Positions 55,030-62,928 of a stretch of 64,000 nucleotides of DNA are shown here, piece after piece. The notes below the pieces were generated by a model, which was not told the origin of the DNA, ran no database searches, and was given only the letters and a program-made list of their open reading frames with translations. How positions within the stretch are numbered: position 1 is the first letter of the stretch; each line of letters starts with the position of its first letter. Origin of the DNA: an uncultured Candidatus Saccharibacteria bacterium (GTDB lineage Bacteria; Patescibacteriota; Minisyncoccia; Phycocordibacterales; UBA918); NCBI GenBank assembly GCA_964350735.1, contig CAYGKO010000001.1, positions 246,578 to 310,577 of the forward strand, in the 5' to 3' direction. The position numbers were made by a program, and so were the translations under genes.

Positions 55030-56319
55030 TTATCGATTAGATAGAATCAATAGAAGTAGGTTGCGCACGAGCGTTACCAATTCTTCACGAATCTTTTCTT
55101 CATCTGCGTCAGCTAGATCGGCATCTCCATTTAAGATGTCTTGCAAGCTAATGTCAGAATTCGAATCATTCATTTCGTTCTCTTCGGTAGTGTCTTCCAT
55201 CTGAATGTCTACCAGTTCAGTCGCTTCTTCGACAAGTTCTTTAGCTTCTTCAAGAGCGTCTTCGGCCTCTTCGTCGTCACCAGATTTGATTGCCTCTTCT
55301 GCATCGTCAAGCAATTCTTCGGTGTCTTCAATCAGTTCTTCTACCTTTCTTGATTCGGTAGCGAGCATTTCGTCCTCATCGTCTTCAAAGGCGTCTTTGA
55401 CAACATCAAGCATGTCTTCAATTTCTTTCAGTTCTGCTTCCAGGTCTTCATTTTTGCTGACTTCGTTCGCATCGTTTTCTTCTGCTGCGTCTAAAGCAGC
55501 TTCAGCTTCGTTAAGAAGTTCTAAAGCTTCGTTAGCTAGTTTTTTAGATTCAATATAATCTTCATCATCAAACTCGTCTTCTGCTTCTTCGTACAGATCG
55601 CGAGCTTCGTCGTAGAGTTCCTCAGCGTCTTCTGTGTCGACACCATCTACTTCTGCTTCATTGATTTCATCTTTTACATCTTCTAGTTCTTCTTCAACCT
55701 CCTCCAAAAGTTCTTCAGCCGCTTCTTCACGATCAGATTCCGTCATCGAGACGAAGTCATCTGCATCAGCATTTAGGACATCAAAGATTTCCTCAGCAAA
55801 TTCTTCAGCGGTTTCCGCTTCGGTAACTGCAGTTTCGTAGTCCTCTCCATCAAAAGCATCTTCTGCATCATCAATCGCTCGGTCTGCTTTGGTCATCAAA
55901 GCCAGTGCTTCGTCGATTTGTGTTTCTGGGATATCGTCATCGTCTTTAGCGATGTCGATTGCTTCTTCAGCTCCCTCGATGATGTCTTCTACATCATCAA
56001 TCTTTTCTCGAGCTCCGCCTTTTTCAAAACTATCATCAGCATCAACGGTAAGTACCTCTTCTACCTCATCTTCATCAATATCCAATTCGTTAGCAATTTT
56101 CTTAACAAGTTCGTCGAGGGTACCAACGTTATTGTACGAATACTCTTCTTTAACGTTATCTCCGTCATCATCGTATGAGACCTCCACTTCTGCCTCACTG
56201 TCTTCTACGGTAGCTTCGATTTCCAGATCATCATAAGCAAACGCCTGAAACGTGAGCCCGAAAAATAATAGTAGTGCGATTAGAGTGCTGTAGGCACTAT
56301 TTCTAATAGTAGTAATCAT
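55030..56319 (-). CDS. very acidic (about 40% Asp+Glu) coiled-coil protein with N-terminal signal/anchor
   Basis: MITTIRNSAYSTLIALLLFFGLTFQAFA then repeats EEAEDxFDDEDYE..A; antisense Ser-rich ORFs are low-complexity artefacts. Confidence 0.55.
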   Translation of the reverse strand: MITTIRNSAYSTLIALLLFFGLTFQAFAYDDLEIEATVEDSEAEVEVSYDDDGDNVKEEYSYNNVGTLDELVKKIANELDIDEDEVEEVLTVDADDSFEKGGAREKIDDVEDIIEGAEEAIDIAKDDDDIPETQIDEALALMTKADRAIDDAEDAFDGEDYETAVTEAETAEEFAEEIFDVLNADADDFVSMTESDREEAAEELLEEVEEELEDVKDEINEAEVDGVDTEDAEELYDEARDLYEEAEDEFDDEDYIESKKLANEALELLNEAEAALDAAEENDANEVSKNEDLEAELKEIEDMLDVVKDAFEDDEDEMLATESRKVEELIEDTEELLDDAEEAIKSGDDEEAEDALEEAKELVEEATELVDIQMEDTTEENEMNDSNSDISLQDILNGDADLADADEEKIREELVTLVRNLLLLILSNR

Positions 56320-56436
56320 AAATATTAATCTAAATTGTTGTAATCATTCAGCTAGGTAAATCCCGCTCGTTCTATTGTACAAGATGAATAATCGTTTGGT
56401 TGTAGTACAGGTGAATTGTTGTGCCATAATTAGGCT

Positions 56437-56931
56437 ATGGAACAAATACTCAGTTGGTTATTTTCTATAGTACTGATTCTTTTCCCTCAGGGAGCTGTTG
56501 AAACTAGTGGCGTAGAACCAATATCTGACTCAGATGTTGCTGCTGTTATAAAAGTTGTTGATGGTGATACGATCGATGTTCGCTATACGAACGGGGAAGA
56601 GCAGCGGGTAAGATACATCGGTATTGATACTCCTGAGCCCTATGCGAACAGTGAACTAGAATGTTATGCGCTCGAAGCGACTGAGGCTAATAAAATTTTG
56701 GTAGAGAATCAAGAGGTGCGCCTAGTGAAAGATGTAGAAAATACTGATCGCTACGGTCGATTACTCCGGTATGTATACATAGACGATGTTTTTGTGAATG
56801 CTGCCTTAGTACAAGATGGGTATGCTACTGCACTGCGTATAAAGCCAAATGTTGCTCAGTATGACTTTTTAAAATCATTGGAACGAGAGGCAGAAAATAG
56901 CGCTATTGGAATGTGGGCGAACTGTCTTTAG
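56437..56931 (+). CDS. secreted thermonuclease (staphylococcal nuclease homologue)
   Basis: VVDGDTIDVRY...QRVRYIGIDTPE...DRYGRLLRYVYIDDVFVNAALVQDGYA...GMW. Confidence 0.85.
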   Translation: MEQILSWLFSIVLILFPQGAVETSGVEPISDSDVAAVIKVVDGDTIDVRYTNGEEQRVRYIGIDTPEPYANSELECYALEATEANKILVENQEVRLVKDVENTDRYGRLLRYVYIDDVFVNAALVQDGYATALRIKPNVAQYDFLKSLEREAENSAIGMWANCL

Positions 56932-56986
56932 ACAAGCGTGAAAACGTGTGTTTAGATAGTAGTAGTGTTACTAAATAATCATCACT

Positions 56987-57625
56987 ATGAAATTTAACCA
57001 AGGACTAGGAGTGGCAGCAATTATTGTGATTATTGCAATTTTAGCTATTGGTGGTGCAGGAGCATATCAGTATAGCCAACAGAGTAAAGTGGCAGCTGAC
57101 GTTAGTGTTGAAATGCAAGAAGAGATGGAGATGGTTGAAGCAACTAAGGTTGAGGTTACAAAAGAGCTGGCAAAACTACAGGCAGACCTTCGAGCGTCTG
57201 CTGGAGTCAACGTAGCTGCGGCATTGGAGACGGTGGCGAAGATCAAGGCAATTCTAGTCACTGCGCAGGCTTCAGTTAGTGCCGAGGCGCAAGCTGAGTT
57301 TGATGACATTGCAGCCCAGGTTACAGAGTTGGAAACAGCTATTACAGGCGGGTCTGAAGCAGCGATTGAAAGTTCAGTCGGCGCACTACTTGGTGAGCTT
57401 GACTCAGCTAGTGCAGATGAAGTAGAAGCCCAAGCTGAGGAAGAGATGGATGCAGAAATGGAGTCTAGTGATACGGATGAAGAAGTGGAAGCAGAAGGTG
57501 AAATGGAGGCCACATCTACTAATACTTCTATAGAATCTGATGCAGCATTAGAAGCAGATATGGATTTGCTGGAAACTGATATGGAAGCATCTATGTCAGC
57601 CGAGTCTGCTGTAATGGCAAACTAA
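56987..57625 (+). CDS. membrane-anchored Ala/Glu-rich acidic protein
   Basis: TM LGVAAIIVIIAILAIGGAGAY then a low-complexity acidic helix. Confidence 0.5.
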   Translation: MKFNQGLGVAAIIVIIAILAIGGAGAYQYSQQSKVAADVSVEMQEEMEMVEATKVEVTKELAKLQADLRASAGVNVAAALETVAKIKAILVTAQASVSAEAQAEFDDIAAQVTELETAITGGSEAAIESSVGALLGELDSASADEVEAQAEEEMDAEMESSDTDEEVEAEGEMEATSTNTSIESDAALEADMDLLETDMEASMSAESAVMAN

Positions 57626-57640
57626 CAATCAAAGTAAAAC

Positions 57641-57670
57641 AAAGAACCGCCCTAATAGGGCGGTTTTTGT
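57641..57670. terminator. rho-independent terminator
   Basis: AAAGAACCGCCCTA-ata-GGGCGGTTTTTGT. Confidence 0.85.
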
Positions 57671-57693
57671 ATGTGGAGCAGTTTACTAGAGGT

Positions 57694-57750
57694 AAAACCT
57701 CTTTGATAGAAATGTAATGTTCAAATTTCTTAAAGATCGTTGATTTGTGG
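57694..57750. repeat. 57 bp repeat, copy 1
   Basis: AAAACCTCTTTGATaGAAATGtAaTGTTCAAATTTCtTAAAGATcGTTGATTTGTGG. Confidence 0.8.
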
Positions 57751-57800
57751 TAAAAGACTTAACACTTTACATATGTTTATACAAAGTATATACTTTGTAC

Positions 57801-58040
57801 ATGAAAACTAAAATCCAAAAATGGGGTAACAGCTTAGGGGTACGCTTGCCCAAAAGTATTACTGAACAAAAATCATTGCGAGCAGGCCTTGGTGTGTCTG
57901 TGGTGATTAAGAATGGTCAAATTGTTATTGAGCCAGCTGAAGAAGATGTTACATTAGAGGCTCTTCTGTCTGATGTCTTAGCAGATAATTTGCACAATGA
58001 AACTGAATGGTCCGATGTACGTGGTAATGAGATATGGTAA
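57801..58040 (+). CDS. mazE: MazE/AbrB-family antitoxin
   Basis: MKTKIQKWGNSLGVRLPKSI; overlaps the toxin gene by 7 nt; the listed 57747 start is probably too long. Confidence 0.8.
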   Translation: MKTKIQKWGNSLGVRLPKSITEQKSLRAGLGVSVVIKNGQIVIEPAEEDVTLEALLSDVLADNLHNETEWSDVRGNEIW

Positions 58041-58378
58041 ATAAACAATATGTTCCAGATACAGGCGACTTAGTATGGGTTGATTTCAATCCAGCTAAGG
58101 GTAGAGAACAGGCAAAAGTGCGACCTGCTATTGTGATTTCTCCCAAAAATTACAATCAAAAGACCAATCTAGCTATTATGTGCCCAATCACTTCAGTACA
58201 AAAAGGATATCCGTTTGAGGTTGAGGTTAAAGATAAAAAAGTGGCTGGTGTTATTTTATCTGACCACGTTAGATCACTAGACTGGAAAGCGAGAAATGTA
58301 AAACATATTGCCAAAGCAAAACCATCTGTGCTTTCTGAAGTGCAAACAAAACTTCTTTTGTTACTGAAAGCTAAATAA
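58034..58378 (+). CDS. mazF: MazF/PemK-family toxin endoribonuclease
   Basis: YVPDTGDLVWVDFNPAKGREQAKVRPAIVISP...AIMCPITS...SDHVRSLDWKAR. Confidence 0.85.
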   Translation: MVNKQYVPDTGDLVWVDFNPAKGREQAKVRPAIVISPKNYNQKTNLAIMCPITSVQKGYPFEVEVKDKKVAGVILSDHVRSLDWKARNVKHIAKAKPSVLSEVQTKLLLLLKAK

Positions 58379-58396
58379 AAAGACTTACCCGAAAGT

Positions 58397-58427
58397 AAGT
58401 TTTCTATTCTTCCATGTCTGGTGGAAG
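58397..58427. repeat. att-like partial copy of the tmRNA 3' end plus flank (copy C)
   Basis: AAGTTTTCTATTCTTC-CATGTCTGGTGGAA. Confidence 0.6.
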
Positions 58428-58496
58428 ACTTTGCACCAAGTTGACCAAGTTTTTAATGACCTAAGGGAATATAAAAACGGAAATACCCTGGTGGTG

Positions 58497-58553
58497 AAAA
58501 CCTCTTTGATTGAAATGGAGTGCCCCAGTTTTCTGAAGATTGTTGATTTGTGG
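58497..58553. repeat. 57 bp repeat, copy 2
   Basis: AAAACCTCTTTGATTGAAATGGAGTGccCcAgTTTtCTgAAGATTGTTGATTTGTGG. Confidence 0.8.
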
Positions 58554-58613
58554 TGAATAAAAATAATCCCCGACGCAGAACGCCGAGGATTAAGGTTGAT
58601 GTCGCCTGTCCGT

Positions 58614-59807
58614 TTAGTGCGGATTCAGTGACGAAAGGTGTGCTCCGCCCAGAAACTTGGACTGAACCGTCACCTCGTTTTCGGGAGATGCGGTGGTCCG
58701 TCCAATCACATGTGGATCATGTCCGTCTGCTCTTGCTTCACTCACCACTCGCTCAACGTCACTTTCGGAACAGATGATCATCAGACCACAACCGCCGTGG
58801 AAGGTGCCATGACATTCGAAGTCGGTCATCGGACTACCCGTCTTGCTGGCGAGTTGCTGAGCTTCCAGGAGTAATGGCGCCGGTTCAGGCATTGAGTCAA
58901 GGATAGCACCAACACCTTCAGGCAAGATCTCCACGAGTTTGCTCCAGATGCCGCCACCTGTGATGTGGGCGACGCCGCGAAGTTCAGCCAGTGGGGTGTT
59001 GAGTGTGCCATCAAGTTGCCAGCCGTTGAGGCGGGCGATTGTACCAGCGTAGCTCTGCGAGGGAATCACCAGTTTCTCGATAAAGGCCCGTGCATCAGGA
59101 TTGCCCATGATGGTGTTCACATCGGATCCCCAAGTATCGAGAATGATGTTGGTGAACTTGGTTCCACCATTGCAGCGGTACCCCTTGTCCCTGAACCCAA
59201 CAATCACCATGCCTGGTGTGACGGTTGCGCCACTCGGCTCCTTGCTCTTTGACGCCAAGCCAAGACAGGTCGCGCCCCACGTCAAGATCAGCTGGCTTGG
59301 GTCACCAGTATCACAAAACGCGGTGATGCTGTGTTTCATGACTGCGGTTTCGCCGGTCATCAGGACAAGGTTGGACGAACCAAGAGCGTCGCTAAATCCT
59401 GTGATGAGTGCTTCGCACAGCGGCCAGTTCTCGTTGGTAATGCCTTTCATGTCGATGTTACTCGACAGCATCAGTACAGGGAGTCCACCACGACACGCCA
59501 GATCGTCGGCATTCATGGTAATGACCTCCCAGCCAATACCACGAAATGCCTCTGGTGTATTGGCGAGCGTGAAGAACTGTGGCTTTCCGCCAGCTCCGTC
59601 GCTTTGCGCCACTTCGTATATTTCGCCACGAAGCATTGCTTCAAGTACCAGACGGTTCCAGGTAAACCCGTCCATGGCACGCATGCCACCACCACCACGT
59701 TCGATGGTGATGGCGGTTGAGTTTTTGAAACTGCCGACGCAGATTTTGCGGGCAAGTTCGGAGAACCGGTCGCCCGGTGCAACGATTTGAGTATGATAGT
59801 CGTCCAT
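58614..59807 (-). CDS. PurM-like (AIR synthase-related: PurM/ThiL/HypE/SelD superfamily) ATP-dependent enzyme, islet cargo
   Basis: N-terminal domain ...EVITMNADDLACRGGLPVLM; C-terminal AIRS_C-type HITGGGIWSKLVEILPEG; 397 aa. Confidence 0.6.
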   Translation of the reverse strand: MDDYHTQIVAPGDRFSELARKICVGSFKNSTAITIERGGGGMRAMDGFTWNRLVLEAMLRGEIYEVAQSDGAGGKPQFFTLANTPEAFRGIGWEVITMNADDLACRGGLPVLMLSSNIDMKGITNENWPLCEALITGFSDALGSSNLVLMTGETAVMKHSITAFCDTGDPSQLILTWGATCLGLASKSKEPSGATVTPGMVIVGFRDKGYRCNGGTKFTNIILDTWGSDVNTIMGNPDARAFIEKLVIPSQSYAGTIARLNGWQLDGTLNTPLAELRGVAHITGGGIWSKLVEILPEGVGAILDSMPEPAPLLLEAQQLASKTGSPMTDFECHGTFHGGCGLMIICSESDVERVVSEARADGHDPHVIGRTTASPENEVTVQSKFLGGAHLSSLNPH

Positions 59808-59904
59808 CGGGACACCTCTCTGTAAAGATCAAAAGATCTGGTTAATATCAGTCGATACTATGCTGTTTAAACCGAAATAATGCAAGAGAAAACTAGGTTT
59901 CTTC

Positions 59905-59946
59905 AAACTTCCATATTCTTCTATATATTTCCATGTCTGGTGGAAA
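59905..59946. repeat. att-like partial copy of the tmRNA 3' end plus flank (copy B)
   Basis: AAACTTCCATATTCTTCTATATATTTC-CATGTCTGGTGGAA aligns with AAACTTTCATATATTTCTACATACTTC-TATGTCGGTGGAG at 61001-61040. Confidence 0.6.
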
Positions 59947-59961
59947 TCTTTGAACCAAGTT

Positions 59962-60017
59962 AAAACCTCTTTGATTGAAATGGAGTGTTCAAATTTCCTT
60001 AAAATTGTTGATTGGTG
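59962..60017. repeat. 57 bp repeat, copy 3
   Basis: AAAACCTCTTTGATTGAAATGGAGTGTTCAAATTTCCTTAAAATTGTTGATTGGTG. Confidence 0.8.
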
Positions 60018-60042
60018 TAATTAGTCTACTATAGTTTTTCTG

Positions 60043-60459
60043 CTATTTAATTTTTCCTCCCTGCCACTCAGCCACAGTAGGAGCCTTGTCATATTTCATT
60101 TGGTTCAAAACAATCACATTCATCTTATCTTCCATGAACTGGCAAAGCGGAATGAGTCTCTCAACACATTCGTTACCTAGCTTGGTTAAAGAGTATTCTA
60201 CTTTCGGTGGAATTAATTTATAATCCCGTCTTTGTAGCAAGCCGTCTCGCTCTAGATTACGCAGAGTTTGCGAAAGCATTCTATCTGATACACCTTGTAT
60301 GGATTTCTTTATGTTTCCAAAACGCATGGTTGGGTTATTTTTGAGCAGTCTCAAAACAGTTAATCCCCAAAGACTTGAAATACTTTTACTGATATCCCTG
60401 CTGGGACAACGTTGGTTATAGAGGTCGCCTTGACGAGGTAGTTCCTTAGGTAATTGCAT
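60043..60459 (-). CDS. HxlR-family winged-helix transcriptional regulator
   Basis: CPSRDISKSISSLWGLTVLRLL...RFGNIKKSIQGVSDRMLSQTLRNLERDGLLQRR...PPKVEYSLTKLG. Confidence 0.8.
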   Translation of the reverse strand: MQLPKELPRQGDLYNQRCPSRDISKSISSLWGLTVLRLLKNNPTMRFGNIKKSIQGVSDRMLSQTLRNLERDGLLQRRDYKLIPPKVEYSLTKLGNECVERLIPLCQFMEDKMNVIVLNQMKYDKAPTVAEWQGGKIK

Positions 60460-60548
60460 AATCCGATACTTACTTTTTTGTTAGTACTTGTTAAATATGA
60501 TTCACTAATTTAAAGTTAGTGTATATCAAATAAACACAAAAGGAAACT

Positions 60549-60932
60549 ATGAAAATCTACGATTCAACATATTACAGTTTTGAACTGGACAATAACTATA
60601 TGATTTTTCACTGGAAAGACAGTACCGACCAGATGAGCTTACAGGATTTTAAAGATGCATTGATGAATTTTGGTGGATTTGTAATTGAGCACCAGACACC
60701 AAAGCTTCTCGTTTTTACGGAAAACTTTAAGTTCAAGACACCAGAAGAAGGACACGAATGGCGTAAAAATGAATATAACCAACGAATCAAAAAAGTTGGA
60801 AATGTGAAGCAAGCTCTCATCATGAAGGAAGAATTTTTACAATATGTTGAGGACGAAATTGATAGTGTGGTACCAGTTAGATATTTCTCGAGCGAAAGCG
60901 AAGCAAGAGCTTGGTTAGATAGTTCTGAGTAG
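60549..60932 (+). CDS. hypothetical protein divergent from the HxlR gene
   Basis: 127 aa ORF; no motif; AT-rich. Confidence 0.45.
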   Translation: MKIYDSTYYSFELDNNYMIFHWKDSTDQMSLQDFKDALMNFGGFVIEHQTPKLLVFTENFKFKTPEEGHEWRKNEYNQRIKKVGNVKQALIMKEEFLQYVEDEIDSVVPVRYFSSESEARAWLDSSE

Positions 60933-61033
60933 TATACAGATCACATACGCACGTTATGTCTCAGTAGATTTTAAAAAAGCACCCAATTGGGAGCTTTTTT
61001 AAACTTTCATATATTTCTACATACTTCTATGTC

Positions 61034-61439
61034 GGTGGAGATGGCGGGAGTTGAACCCGCGTCCGAATCAGGATTCCAAATGTGAGTCTACAGTGCGTAG
61101 ACGCTTCTTTGATTTAAAACTAGTAGCTATAGAAGTGACAAAACACTACTGGTTCGAGTTCGTACAATCTCGATCTGCTACGTGAACGGCGTAATAGTAT
61201 CCAGTCTCGTGTTTATTCTACCCAATCAGCCGTATGAGACGTTTAACTGATGAGCATCGCATCGGCGAGCGGATGGTTACGCTACAGCGGGTGCGAATCC
61301 GAACGCGTTAGCGTACGGACTTGGTATTGCTTTGTTTGCAAATACGGGTGGAACCTTTTAACGAATTGATTCCAATTTCGACACTGCACACAATGGGCAC
61401 GCTAACCGTCGATGCCTGGCATCCCCGGAAAGTTTTTAA
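61034..61439 (-). ncRNA. ssrA: tmRNA (transfer-messenger RNA)
   Basis: Minus-strand 5' end GGGGATGCCAGGCATCGACGG and 3' end GGACGCGGGTTCAACTCCCGCCATCTCCACC match the tmRNA tRNA-like domain (E. coli: GGACGCGGGUUCAACUCCCGCCAGCUCCACCA). Putative resume codon GCA about nt 88 in ...GUAUUUGCAAAC..., reading ANKAIPSPYANAFGFAPAVA-stop. smpB lies 570 nt upstream. Confidence 0.85.
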
Positions 61440-61472
61440 AGTATTTAAAAACTTTCCGGGAAGGGTGTGATT
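61438..61472 (-). promoter_or_regulatory. perfect 16 bp hairpin abutting the tmRNA 5' end (terminator of the upstream small gene / processing-site structure)
   Basis: CCGGAAAGTTTTTAAA-gta-TTTAAAAACTTTCCGG overlapping the first two G of tmRNA. Confidence 0.5.
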
Positions 61473-61523
61473 TTTCTGTTAAAGAATAAAAGGGTGAGTG
61501 GGGTGGTGGTTAGGCCGCCCCAC

Positions 61524-61730
61524 TTATTTTCGCCTCTTTGTTTCTGATTTCAGAAACTCCGCGCCACGGATGCTGTCTTCATGTTTTTGGCAGCAATATA
61601 TTTTCCGTGCAAGAGTAGCCATTTTAAGAACGCTGCGGGCGAGGACGTTTCGCTTCTCTTTTTGCTGTCGCACGAAGTCTGCTTCGCACATGAGGCAAAT
61701 ACAGTCAGGCTCGCAAGTTTCTACTTTCAT
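61524..61730 (-). CDS. small Cys-rich protein (possible zinc ribbon) between smpB and ssrA
   Basis: Strong SD GGGGAAAGAATA-ATG and TACAAT -10; MKVETCEPDCICLMCEADF...YCCQKH. Confidence 0.5.
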   Translation of the reverse strand: MKVETCEPDCICLMCEADFVRQQKEKRNVLARSVLKMATLARKIYCCQKHEDSIRGAEFLKSETKRRK

Positions 61731-61856
61731 TATTCTTTCCCCTTAGAGCTGAGCAAATTGTAATATATCACACCTGTGATTTTTATAGAAAATAATAAGT
61801 AACTCAAAGCTGGTGCGGAATTCTTTTGAAAGGCTGTTCCGCTTCAGCCTGAAAGA

Positions 61857-61973
61857 TCAGTCGCCTATTGGGGCCTGTTGATTGGAGCCGTGCTGTCCAG
61901 TGTAATCTGGAGGAGTTCCTCTTGGACGCTTGCCGTCACCATCATCGGCTGGCAGTTTCTGCTGTTCAGACAT
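61857..61973 (-). CDS. unlisted small hydrophilic ORF (38 aa) downstream of smpB
   Basis: AAAGGGAGGACAAA-ATG; MSEQQKLPADDGDGKRPRGTPPDYTGQHGSNQQAPIGD; below the ORF-track cutoff. Confidence 0.35.
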   Translation of the reverse strand: MSEQQKLPADDGDGKRPRGTPPDYTGQHGSNQQAPIGD

Positions 61974-62009
61974 TTTGTCCTCCCTTTGTGACCAGCTTTG
62001 AGTTACTTA

Positions 62010-62456
62010 TTATTGATTTTTCAAGATACGGTCGATGTCGCGTTTGGTGTCGCGCTCTTTGAGGGTTTCGCGCTTGTCAGTCTTTTTCTTTCCGCGCGCC
62101 ACGGCTATTTCTAGCTTGATATTTCTGCCCGCATTATACAATCGAATTGGGACTATTGTCAAACCAGCTTGGTGTGACTGCACGTCGAGCTCGGACAGCT
62201 CTTTTTTTGACAAGAGGAGCTTGCGCGGCTGCAGGACATCGTGACCTTTGGGGGTGTTGGCTTCTTGGTAGTGCGTGATGGTGGCACCTTTCAGCCATGC
62301 TTCGCCGTTTAGGATAGAGATGTATGAGCCGATGAGTGAACCATGACCTTGGCGCACGGCTTTCACCTCATGGCCCGCGAGCACGATGCCAGCCTCATAT
62401 TTTTCAATGAGTTCAAAGTCAAAACGAACGCGTTTGTTGTTGATGTAGGTAGTCAT
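62010..62456 (-). CDS. smpB: SsrA-binding protein SmpB
   Basis: NKRVRFDFELIEKYEAGIVLAGHEVKAVRQGHGSLIGSYISILNGEAWL...PRKLLLSKKELSEL...GLTIVPIRLY...IAVARGKKKTDKR. Confidence 0.9.
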   Translation of the reverse strand: MTTYINNKRVRFDFELIEKYEAGIVLAGHEVKAVRQGHGSLIGSYISILNGEAWLKGATITHYQEANTPKGHDVLQPRKLLLSKKELSELDVQSHQAGLTIVPIRLYNAGRNIKLEIAVARGKKKTDKRETLKERDTKRDIDRILKNQ

Positions 62457-62458
62457 AT

Positions 62459-62893
62459 TTAATCAATCCAACCGTAGCCCCAGTGTGAACCAACTGTACG
62501 GCTGACACCATTGTTACCTAGGTATTCTACGCCAAGATACATAATGTATCCAAGGGCTGGGCCGAGTGGGCCAGTCTCACCAATGTCAGCTCGGAAGGCA
62601 GCGTTCACGTCGTGCTGACGCTCGAGGCTCCCTCCCGCCCAGTAGGCGATATCGTGGGTGCGACACGCGGCTTCAAAGTCATGGAAGAACAAGGCGTCGG
62701 GCCAGAGGGTGCAGCCGTCGCGGGTGAACGCCAGGTCGGGAGTCGGTAGGTTTTCTTCGTCGAGGTACTGGGCAGCTGCTTCGATGTCGGCCGGGGTCGT
62801 GACTGTCGGGATGAATAAGTCCACCGCAAAATGCGCTACATATATAGTAACAATCAGGAGTGGCGGGTATACATACCAACGGAGCTTGAGCAT
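62459..62893 (-). CDS. membrane-anchored protein with prokaryotic phospholipase A2-like His-Asp motif (co-operonic with smpB)
   Basis: Preferred start MLKLRW... (the TTG at 62929 is unlikely); DGCTLWPDALFFHDFEAACRTHDIAYW resembles the secreted PLA2 C..HD..Y catalytic motif; TATAGTAT -10 immediately upstream. Confidence 0.4.
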   Translation of the reverse strand: MLKLRWYVYPPLLIVTIYVAHFAVDLFIPTVTTPADIEAAAQYLDEENLPTPDLAFTRDGCTLWPDALFFHDFEAACRTHDIAYWAGGSLERQHDVNAAFRADIGETGPLGPALGYIMYLGVEYLGNNGVSRTVGSHWGYGWID

Positions 62894-62928
62894 AGCAAAT
62901 ACTATAAGTGGTGCGGTATGATAACGCA

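Larger units (their letters stand above)
57670..61048 (-). mobile_element. three tandem integrase-less islets downstream of the tmRNA 3' end, each closed by a 57 bp repeat plus an att-like copy of the tmRNA 3' terminus
   Basis: Core TATGTCGGTGGAG (tmRNA 3' end, 61028-61040) recurs as CATGTCTGGTGGAA at 59932-59945 and 58413-58426, each with a homologous AT-rich flank, and degenerately (GTATGTGGAG) at 57670. Cargo: mazEF; a PurM-like gene; HxlR plus an unknown gene. Confidence 0.45.

Noticed and set aside
55141-56236. Ser-rich ORFs (55205..55558, 55634..55840, 55889..56236 etc.) on the plus strand
   Set aside because: They are the reverse complement of the GAx/GAA-rich acidic gene 55030..56319. 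Poly-Ser frames are the expected antisense artefact of poly-Glu/Asp coding.
61498-62244. Plus-strand ORFs 61498..61746, 61581..61763, 61868..62062, 62035..62244
   Set aside because: They are antisense to the better-supported minus-strand Cys-rich ORF (strong SD), the 38 aa SD-preceded ORF and smpB.
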